DNA of 64,000 nucleotides, taken from positions 2,480,001 through 2,544,000 of the forward strand of contig OZ374565.1 in NCBI GenBank assembly GCA_977862235.1, in the 5' to 3' direction. This DNA comes from Dudresnaya verticillata (lineage: Eukaryota). The notes beneath the pieces are model-generated. The model searched no databases. It had not been told where the DNA came from and saw only the letters and a program-made list of their open reading frames with translations. The translations under genes were made by a program, and so were the position numbers. Positions 53,765-63,000 of the stretch are shown piece after piece (position 1 is the first letter of the stretch; each line of letters opens with the position of its first letter).

Positions 53765-56700
53765 TTCAACTTTATAACAGGGGACCATATTCTAATATTT
53801 GTCGACGTACAATCTACTGTAGTATCACAACAAAGTTAAACCCCCAACTCAAAACAACTTGCACATCTACACCTCCTGTTGGATCCCTTCCATCAGGCAC
53901 TTGACGTTGTTCTGTACCAGTCGCGCCGCGTGCCTGTGGAATAGAGCCGCTCGCGAAACACCGCGAGTTACCATGGCCCGAGAAGCCACGGTATCCGCCA
54001 ACTCTTGCATATACTTGTGCGCCTCCGGGTGCCAGCCACCTAGTGTGGTCATCGGCACCGGCACAAGCCTTGCCCCCGGTCCGGCAGCCTGGATGAAGCC
54101 ACGGTAAGTCCGCACCTTGTCAGCGTGGGCGTTCTTCAGCGTCCCTTGCGGGTTTGTTATGCAGCTGAGAATGCGTTGTTCTGACGACAGTGGATGACTT
54201 ATTGTGACGTCCAGGTAGTCCGTTCCTCCTTCTGTTCCAAGCGCCTTGATGTCTGGCCGATCCAGGTGAGCCCCCACCGGGCGGGGCTCCACAATCGGGG
54301 TGCGTGTCGCACGTTTCAGATCCGAAGCCAGCAGACGAACCTGAGAGTCGTGGCGCCACGACCGAGGAGAACCGCTGTTCCGCATGCCGTTCGGACAAAT
54401 CAGCAGATGGTCGCCGTGAACATCCATCTTCTTCTTGCACCCGGCCCGAGGACACTCCGTGTCGGGTTCCAGCAGTGGGATCTGACAGTAGAATCGAAGC
54501 CATACGCGGTAGTCCCGATCCGCAATGTACGTCTTCATGCCTGGTGCCGGCTGGCACTTGAGCCAGTCCTTGGCGCCCGGCACGCCAAGGGAAGCTCGGA
54601 AAGCTTGAGTCCGCCTGTCCCCGAGCGGCAGCTCGGCTTGCACTTTCTTCAGTACCAACCGCGTCAAGTCCCGCTGGCGCGGGCACTCGTCGCTGTCGAT
54701 CTTCTCCAGGTCCAGGGCATCCTCACTATGGCACTTGGCGCTCCAGGCTTCGTGCGCTTCTACTGCAAAAGGATCGTCAGAAAGAGCAGTGTTCACAGAA
54801 GCGGGTAAGATAGAACGCAGTAAGTTGCGGGTCAGTGAAAGGGATGCCAAAAACGCGCTCGAGTTCATGTCTCCAGCTCCCGAAATACCGATTCCGAAGC
54901 TGGGCTCTTTCGTGCGCAGGGGAAGCTGAAGTTCGCGGAAGGTGTCCCTCGGTAGGACTCCTCCCACGAGCTTGCGCGTGCAAGCCTCAATCTTCTGGTC
55001 GAAGAGCTCGGCGCCCTTTGCCGTGGCGGATGATGGAACTACTCGCAGCAGGTAGTTCAGCCGGCAGACTCCGGCACAGTTGCGGAGTAGAGTGATGGCC
55101 ACGTGTAGGTCTTCTAGTCCCGAAATTGCGTCCAGCAGGGGCTGGATGGACTCGACATGGCCATTCACGCTCTCCTCCATGTAGTTCTGCGTTCCAATCG
55201 GAGCCTGAAGTACTGTAGTGCCTTCTCCGTAGCTCTGCCCAAGATCCGACGGGTAGGCAGCGCAGTCTTCTGGGTCGGGTGCAGTAGGCCACCAAACAGT
55301 ACACTTGTCCATGCGCAGGTGGAAGCCATAGCCCTTAGCTTCCTCGGAGTCAAAGAAGGACAGAACCTTCCTGAGTACGGCGTGTTTCGCCACGATGACG
55401 CCGTCGTCCAGGTAGAACAGTGACAGCAGCAAGTTGTTCGCCCCCTCCGCTTGCTGATTGCGGCCCGAGCGCCGCAGGTCGGCGGTGAGTTCCTTCAACT
55501 GTTTGATCAGTGCCTGCAGCACCAAAGCAAACAGTAACGGCCCGAGCGGGTCACCTTGCTGTACACCAGTGACACTCCGCAGTAGAGTGTCACCCATCCA
55601 CAGGTGCGGGCCCTCAGAGTCATAACAGTATCTGACCCACGGTAGTAGTTCAGGCATATGTCGGCGGACCTCCTTCATGAATGCTTTGCGGCTGACAAGG
55701 TTGAAGGCATTCTTCAAGTCCACTTGTAGCAACCCGTAGGACTTGTCATGGCCGTGAGACTTCTGCAGCTTCCGGACCGCGTGTACAATGGCTTCTGTGC
55801 CGCCCGAGGTTGCGACCCCGAGCTGAAGCGGTTCGAGGTATGCCTTGGCCTTGGGAGCGACTCTGGTCATGAGCATAGAGCTCACGAGTCGTCGGATTGT
55901 CTCTCCTACAGCAATGGGGCGGACACCGCCGGTGCGCTTCTTCAGAGCCGTGAGAGGAGCGCTGGCAATCCAAGGCGACAGCTCCGCAGGTCCTGCGCCG
56001 CTGGCCAGCACGTTGACCATTTTGGTGAGCCCGCCAAGCAGGCCCGTGTGCTCGTGAGTGGTCGGGACTGAGAGCAGTTCCTGCAGATGCGTCGGTGATA
56101 GTCCTGTTCCCCCCGAGGCCGAAGCCCGGGGGAACTTGGCCACTGCTTTTCGTACTTCGTCGGCTGTGAAAGGCACAAAGTCAGGCATGGTCGGCAGCGG
56201 TTCGGACTGGTCAAGCTCGTGGTCCGCGTCGGTTTGCGGTACGGACTGCGGGTGCTTGTCCTTCATGGACTGTATCACAGAGTCTGTGGCTGGGGCGATT
56301 CCATCAGAGTCTAGAGCTGCTGCTGCCTTACTGTAGGCGCCCTCCTTTGCAAGGCGAAGGGCTCGTGAGGCATTGATACGGCGTTGCTCTTCTGCGGAAG
56401 GCGCAGTCTGCTCACGGAATGTCGAGCCCTTCAAGGCCTCCTGCCATAGGGCGTCGTAATCCTTGAGTCCCCAGCGTCGGATTCGATCGCGGAAGGTGCC
56501 GATCGAGGACGCAGAGGTTGACGCGCTGGCCCTTGCACTCGCCGCGGGAGGATTGGACAAGACGGCTGCTGGAAAAAGCAGGAATGCAGTGAGCTCTTTG
56601 GTGGCTTCCTGAGAGTTGGTTGCGTTCGTAAAAGCCCATACCGTCTTGGACAGTGCGTCGCGCACCTCGGCGCGGACGCGAGACGGTATATGTGTGACCA

Positions 56701-58405
56701 TAGGGATATGCGAGCGACAGATGTCTTCGACCGCCGGCAGAAGCTGCCCTCCTGGACCCCGCGCAACGGGTGGGGTTTGCGCAGTTGGTACCTCTCGAGT
56801 AGCAGGTACCGGTGCAGGAGGCGGCTCCTGGCTGTCCGGGATTCGTCGCGGGGCTGGCAGGATATCGTCCGCTGGCTCGCCGTCCTCGGGTTGCGTCTCC
56901 GTGACCGCGTCCAGAGCAGGAGACTGTGATGGCGCGGCTACAGTTTCTTCACGGCTCGGTGTCGTCAATTGGTTGGACGGGACGTGGGAGAACGCCGGAG
57001 TGCGAGTAGCGGGACATGCGCTGCAATTCTTGTACCGCATACTGTACATGCCTTCACTGTTCATGCGGGAGCTACAGTGGGTGGGCATGTACTTGTTGTG
57101 AGTCACACAGTACCATACTCCATAGTCCAGGAGCTGCTGCTTGAGAGGCTCGATGTCGGTCCTCGTCGGTGGTCCTCGCCTGCCAGGAACATGCATCTTC
57201 CGCAGGTGCATGAGTAGCGCTTCTACAGTAGGCAGTGAGGACGACTGGCAGCCCAGAGGACAGCTGGTACTGTTTGTCGGGCGGTGTTTTGCCGAAGGCA
57301 TAAAGCATGGAGAGAGCCATACCTTCGGCATGTCGGGGTGCTGCTGACCAATCATGGTTACAGCGCTGGGTAAGGTACCTGTAAAGGTCCTCTACAGTAG
57401 GTTCCCACGGGGCACAGACCTCCTAACCGGGACGCAAGCCTGTCGTCCGTCGTCAGTCTGTTCGGGACACCTCCAGAGGGTGCTACAGGTGGCCTTGCTG
57501 CGAGATGAGGGCCTCTTCGCAGCGTAGGGCGCGAGATCGCGCACTTTGCGCACGAGCTCGCGCAAAAGGGCGCGCGTGTTAGCGTTCGTGCGCGCAGAGT
57601 TATCGGACGTTCCCTTCCCTGCCGCAGCTGAGAAGACTCTCTTCACTGCGGTCCTGTAACGCGCGGTACTTCTCGTTTGCACAAGCTCTCAATGGGGTCG
57701 CAGAACCACCGTTTACCTGTGAGTGCCCACAGGATTTTTGGCCTCCCCCGAAGGTTCGCTGGCAGGACGTTCGCTCGATCTTAGAAGGGGTGGTTTCAAA
57801 ACAGGATCCACCAGGCTTAAGCCACGTTACCCCAACTTCGACGTTGCTTGGCACGTTTCTGCGATGAGCTTGTGGGTCACGAGCCGCCTACCACTCAAGG
57901 TCGAGGGTCTTTGGCGATTCCCACACTTGTAGGTCTCTCGGCACTTCCCGAAGGAAGATTTTACAGGACAAGCCTGGCCTTTACCAATCTGTCAGTTGAA
58001 GGGTGTGAAACCCCTCTGTCGACAGTCCACGGCAGCCTAGACAGAGTCTAGGCTGTGCCGGGTACAAGCAAAACGCGTACAGGGCCAGGGAAAGAAAGAT
58101 AAGTCAGTGGGGCCCGGGCAAATTTCAAGGTGAGGGATCACCTTAAAAGTAAGCGCAAAATAGGAAACGCGTGACCGTCGGCGACGACGGCGGCGGCGAC
58201 GGCGGCGACGACGACGGCGTCGCGGCGCAGATCGGCGGCGCGGAAAGAGACAAAAGTAGACCGCGCTCGCCCGCCCGCGAAGGTGAAGGGCTGAAAAACC
58301 CCGCACCGACGCGCCGTCGCGCGCTCGAACAGGCGGCACCGCCGCCGAAAAGATCGGTGCAGAACTTGTTGAGATATCCGCGAAACAAAAATTTCGGCAG
58401 ATCGC
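53765..58405 (-). mobile_element. Full-length retrotransposon, copy 12
   Basis: 3' half shares the variants of copy 10; 5' part is the common type. Confidence 0.95.
53867..57355 (-). CDS. 1162-aa RT/RLE polyprotein (variant)
   Basis: ORF track. Confidence 0.95.
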   Translation of the reverse strand: MIGQQHPDMPKVWLSPCFMPSAKHRPTNSTSCPLGCQSSSLPTVEALLMHLRKMHVPGRRGPPTRTDIEPLKQQLLDYGVWYCVTHNKYMPTHCSSRMNSEGMYSMRYKNCSACPATRTPAFSHVPSNQLTTPSREETVAAPSQSPALDAVTETQPEDGEPADDILPAPRRIPDSQEPPPAPVPATREVPTAQTPPVARGPGGQLLPAVEDICRSHIPMVTHIPSRVRAEVRDALSKTVWAFTNATNSQEATKELTAFLLFPAAVLSNPPAASARASASTSASSIGTFRDRIRRWGLKDYDALWQEALKGSTFREQTAPSAEEQRRINASRALRLAKEGAYSKAAAALDSDGIAPATDSVIQSMKDKHPQSVPQTDADHELDQSEPLPTMPDFVPFTADEVRKAVAKFPRASASGGTGLSPTHLQELLSVPTTHEHTGLLGGLTKMVNVLASGAGPAELSPWIASAPLTALKKRTGGVRPIAVGETIRRLVSSMLMTRVAPKAKAYLEPLQLGVATSGGTEAIVHAVRKLQKSHGHDKSYGLLQVDLKNAFNLVSRKAFMKEVRRHMPELLPWVRYCYDSEGPHLWMGDTLLRSVTGVQQGDPLGPLLFALVLQALIKQLKELTADLRRSGRNQQAEGANNLLLSLFYLDDGVIVAKHAVLRKVLSFFDSEEAKGYGFHLRMDKCTVWWPTAPDPEDCAAYPSDLGQSYGEGTTVLQAPIGTQNYMEESVNGHVESIQPLLDAISGLEDLHVAITLLRNCAGVCRLNYLLRVVPSSATAKGAELFDQKIEACTRKLVGGVLPRDTFRELQLPLRTKEPSFGIGISGAGDMNSSAFLASLSLTRNLLRSILPASVNTALSDDPFAVEAHEAWSAKCHSEDALDLEKIDSDECPRQRDLTRLVLKKVQAELPLGDRRTQAFRASLGVPGAKDWLKCQPAPGMKTYIADRDYRVWLRFYCQIPLLEPDTECPRAGCKKKMDVHGDHLLICPNGMRNSGSPRSWRHDSQVRLLASDLKRATRTPIVEPRPVGAHLDRPDIKALGTEGGTDYLDVTISHPLSSEQRILSCITNPQGTLKNAHADKVRTYRGFIQAAGPGARLVPVPMTTLGGWHPEAHKYMQELADTVASRAMVTRGVSRAALFHRHAARLVQNNVKCLMEGIQQEV

Positions 58406-58421
58406 TGAGTACTGAGGTGAG

Positions 58422-59437
58422 TTCAACTTTATAACAGGTGACCATATTCTAATATTTGTCGACGTACAATCTACTGTAGTATCACAACAAAGTTAAACCC
58501 CAACTCAAAACAACCTGCACATCTACACCTCCTGTTGGATCCCTTCCATCAGGCACTTGACGTTGTTCTGCACCAGTCGCGCCGCGTGCCTGTGGAACAG
58601 AGCCGCTCGCGAAACACCGCGAGTTACCATGGCCCGAGAAGCCACGGTATCCGCCAACTCTTGCATATACTTGTGCGCCTCCGGGTGCCAGCCACCTAGT
58701 GTGGTCATCGGCACCGGCACAAGCCTTGCCCCCGGTCCGGCAGCCTGGATGAAGCCACGGTAAGTCCGCACCTTGTCAGCGTGGGCGTTCTTCAGCGTCC
58801 CTTGCGGGTTTGTTATGCAGCTGAGAATGCGTTGTTCTGACGACAGTGGATGACTGATTGTGACGTCCAGGTAGTCCGTTCCTCCTTCTGTTCCAAGCGC
58901 CTTGATGTCCGGCCGATCCAAGTGAGCCCCCACCGGGCGGGGCTCCACAATCGGGGTGCGTGTCGCACGTTTCAGATCCGAAGCCAGCAGACGAACCTGA
59001 GAGTCGTGGCGCCACGACCGAGGAGATCCGCTGTTCCGCATGCCGTTCGGACAAATCAGCAGATGGTCGCCGTGAACATCCATCATCTTCTTGCACCCGG
59101 CCCGAGGACACTCCGTGTCGGGTTCCAGCAGTGGAATCCGACAGTAGAATCGAAGCCATACGCGGTAGTCCCGATCCGCAATGTACGTCTTCATGCCTGG
59201 TGCCGGCTGGCACTTGAGCCAGTCCTTGGCGCCCGGCACGCCAAGGGAAGCTCGGAAAGCTTGCGTCCGCCTGTCCCCGAGCGGCAGCTCGGCTTGCACT
59301 TTCTTCAGAACCAACCGCGTCAAGTCCCGCTGGCGCGGGCACTCGTCGCTGTCGATCTTCTCCAGGTCCAGGGCATCCTCACTATGGCACTTGGCGCTCC
59401 AGTCTTCGTGCGCTTCTACTGCAAAAGGATCGTCAGA
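58422..59437 (-). mobile_element. Strongly 5'-truncated retrotransposon, copy 13 (~1.0 kb)
   Basis: Stops at GGATCGTCAGA, then TCGTC and AGTACTGAGGTGAG. Confidence 0.93.
58523..59437 (-). pseudogene. C-terminal ORF remnant (CCHC and endonuclease only)
   Basis: The 266-aa ORF call matches the polyprotein C-terminus. Confidence 0.85.
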
Positions 59438-59456
59438 TCGTCAGTACTGAGGTGAG

Positions 59457-61782
59457 TTCAACTTTATAACAGGTGACCATATTCTAATATTTGTCGACGT
59501 ACAATCTACTGTAGTATCACAACAAAGTTAAACCCCAACTCAAAACAACTTGCACATCTACACCTCCTGTTGGATCCCTTCCATCAGGCACTTGACGTTG
59601 TTCTGCACCAGTCGCGCCGCGTGCCTGTGGAACAGAGCCGCTCGCGAAACACCGCGAGTTACCATGGCCCGAGAAGCCACGGTATCCGCCAACTCTTGCA
59701 TATACTTGTGCGCCTCCGGGTGCCAGCCACCTAGTGTGGTCATCGGCACCGGCACAAGCCTTGCCCCCGGTCCGGCAGCCTGGATGAAGCCACGGTAAGT
59801 CCGCACCTTGTCAGCGTGGGCGTTCTTCAGCGTCCCTTGCGGGTTTGTTATGCAGCTGAGAATGCGTTGTTCTGACGACAGTGGATGACTGATTGTGACG
59901 TCCAGGTAGTCCGTTCCTCCTTCTGTTCCAAGCGCCTTGATGTCCGGCCGATCCAAGTGAGCCCCCACCGGGCGGGGCTCCACAATCGGGGTGCGTGTCG
60001 CACGTTTCAGATCCGAAGCCAGCAGACGAACCTGAGAGTCGTGGCGCCACGACCGAGGAGATCCGCTGTTCCGCATGCCGTTCGGACAAATCAGCAGATG
60101 GTCGCCGTGAACATCCATCATCTTCTTGCACCCGGCCCGAGGACACTCCGTGTCGGGTTCCAGCAGTGGAATCCGACAGTAGAATCGAAGCCATACGCGG
60201 TAGTCCCGATCCGCAATGTACGTCTTCATGCCTGGTGCCGGCTGGCACTTGAGCCAGTCCTTGGCGCCCGGCACGCCAAGGGAAGCTCGGAAAGCTTGCG
60301 TCCGCCTGTCCCCGAGCGGCAGCTCGGCTTGCACTTTCTTCAGAACCAACCGCGTCAAGTCCCGCTGGCGCGGGCACTCGTCGCTGTCGATCTTCTCCAG
60401 GTCCAGGGCATCCTCACTATGGCACTTGGCGCTCCAGTCTTCGTGCGCTTCTACTGCAAAAGGATCGTCAGAAAGAGCAGTGTTCACAGAAGCGGGTAAG
60501 ATAGAACGCAGTAAGTTGCGGGTCAGTGAAAGGGACGCCAAAAACGCGCTCGAGTTCATGTCGCCAGCTCCCGAAATACCGATTCCGAAGCTGGGCTCTT
60601 TCGTGCGCAGGGGAAGCTGAAGTTCGCGGAAGGTGTCCCTCGGTAGGACTCCTCCCACGAGCTTGCGCATGCAAGCCTCAATCTTCTGGTCGAAGAGCTC
60701 GGCGCCCTTTGCCGTGGCGGATGATGGAACTACTCGCAGCAGGTAGTTCAGCCGGCAGACTCCGGCACAGTTGCGGAGTAGAGTGATGGCCACGTGTAGG
60801 TCTTCTAGTCCCGAAATTGCGTCCAGCAGGGGCTGGATGGACTCGACATGGCCATTCACGCTCTCCTCCATGTAGTTCTGCGTTCCAATCGGAGCCTGAA
60901 GTACTGTAGTGCCTTCTCCGTAGCTCTGCCCAAGATCCGACGGGTAGGCAGCGCAGTCTTCTGGGTCGGGTGCAGTAGGCCACCAAACAGTACACTTGTC
61001 CATGCGCAGGTGGAAGCCATAGCCCTTAGCTTCCTCGGAGTCAAAGAAGGACAGAACCTTCCTGAGTACGGCGTGTTTCGCCACGATGACGCCGTCGTCC
61101 AGGTAGAACAGTGACAGCAGCAAGTTGTTCGCCCCCTCCGCTTGCTGATTGCGGCCCGAGCGCCGCAGGTCGGCGGTGAGTTCCTTCAACTGTTTGATCA
61201 GTGCCTGCAGCACCAAAGCAAACAGTAACGGCCCGAGCGGGTCACCTTGCTGTACACCAGTGACACTCCGCAGTAGAGTGTCACCCATCCACAGGTGCGG
61301 GCCCTCAGAGTCATAACAGTATCTGACCCACGGTAGTAGTTCAGGCATATGTCGGCGGACCTCCTTCATGAATGCTTTGCGGCTGACAAGGTTGAAGGCA
61401 TTCTTCAAGTCCACTTGTAGCAACCCGTAGGACTTGTCATGGCCGTGAGACTTCTGCAGCTTCCGGACCGCGTGTACAATGGCTTCTGTGCCGCCCGAGG
61501 TTGCGACCCCGAGCTGAAGCGGTTCGAGGTATGCCTTGGCCTTGGGAGCGACTCTGGTCATGAGCATAGAGCTCACGAGTCGTCGGATTGTCTCTCCTAC
61601 AGCAATGGGGCGGACACCGCCGGTGCGCTTCTTCAGAGCCGTGAGAGGAGCGCTGGCAATCCAAGGCGACAGCTCCGCAGGTCCTGCGCCGCTGGCCAGC
61701 ACGTTGACCATTTTGGTGAGCCCGCCAAGCAGGCCCGTGTGCTCGTGAGTGGTCGGGACTGAGAGCAGTTCCTGCAGATCGC
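59457..61782 (-). mobile_element. 5'-truncated retrotransposon, copy 14 (same breakpoint as copy 8)
   Basis: Identical junction CCTGCAGATCGCTGAGGTGAGGGATC. Confidence 0.93.
59558..61779 (-). pseudogene. N-terminally truncated polyprotein ORF (RT core and RLE)
   Basis: 779-aa chimeric ORF call. Confidence 0.85.
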
Positions 61783-61791
61783 TGAGGTGAG

Positions 61792-61822
61792 GGATCACTC
61801 TGGAATCGCCAGTGCCGAATGT
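61792..61822 (+). rRNA. 5S rRNA: 5S rRNA gene, 3' fragment (+90..+120)
   Basis: Identical to 6906-6936. Confidence 0.93.
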
Positions 61823-62911
61823 TTTTATTTTTTTGCACCTCATTCCTTCCTCCCCGCCGCCCTCTGCGTACATTGCTGCCTTGCATACCTCTCCCACAGA
61901 ATCCCCGACCCACTGCCTCTGTACAGCGTATTCTTTTCACTCGCACTTTTCCCCTTTTCTTGTAAGTGGGAGGGAGTCTGAGAGTGTTTGCAGGTGTCTA
62001 GGGGTTGTTTAGGGTTAGGTCTAGGGTTAGTTTGGTTACTGTGGTACGCGAGGGGCATGATATTGGGAGGGTAAAGGGTCTAGTGTTGGTGCATGGAATG
62101 AATCATGGTGGTGGAAGGAATGGATCAGTGTGGTGGATGAATTGGATTTAGGGACATAGAATTGGATTAGATTTAGTACCCAGAAGATTGGATCAAGGAT
62201 CACCACAATCGGATCAAGTCTGGTGGCTGGGGTGAGGGTGGCTTGGACGTTTGTGCTCATAACTTTGGAACGGCTGGGGCTAGGGAGCTGCTCAGTAGCT
62301 GAATCGAAGCGTCTCGTTGCTGCGCATTGCGTAGCGCTCTTACCCTCCTAAATCGACTTTTTGGCGCGTTTCTATGGTGCAAAACGTCCCCACGGGCCGT
62401 CGGCAGCTTTTGAGCAGATCAAATAGGGGTTTGGGGCATGTATGGTTATGGGTGGGTTTAGGGGTGTTAGGGATGTGTCATTTTAACGCGTTTAGGAGTG
62501 TAGGGAGTGGGAATGAAAGTAGTAAGGATGAGGAAATGGAAAGGGAAGGATGAGAAAGTATAGTACAATGCAGTAATACAAATCACGGAATGCATCAGGT
62601 TGGGATCCAATAAGGGTGGATGGATTGGATCAACGGAAGTCAAGGCGTTATAGGATTGGATCTAGGGGCTCTGTAAATTAGATTGGGTGCTGGTTTCATT
62701 GAACCAAGGGGTCAGAACGTCCATGAGCTGGTTGACTGTATTTATATTGAATCCTGCGTTTAGAGTAAATGGTATACGGTTATGGGTCATTACTTTAATG
62801 CTCCACGTGTACACTACAGTCGGATGGACATTGGACGCAGGAGTCTTTAGTCGATGACGGGGAGTGCAGTTGATGGCGCATTTAAATAGGGGTACGGCGG
62901 GAACAGCAAGC
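61823..62911 (+). repeat. 5S rDNA intergenic spacer
   Basis: Copy of 6937-8025. Confidence 0.9.
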
Positions 62912-63000
62912 ACATTCGGCCATACTACGCAGACATGCTCCGTATCCCATCCCGAACTGCGAAGATAAGTCTCGTCAGGCTGGTTTAGTACTGAGGTGAG
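62912..63000 (+). rRNA. 5S rRNA: 5S rRNA gene, 5' fragment (+1..+89)
   Basis: Identical to 8026-8114. Confidence 0.93.
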
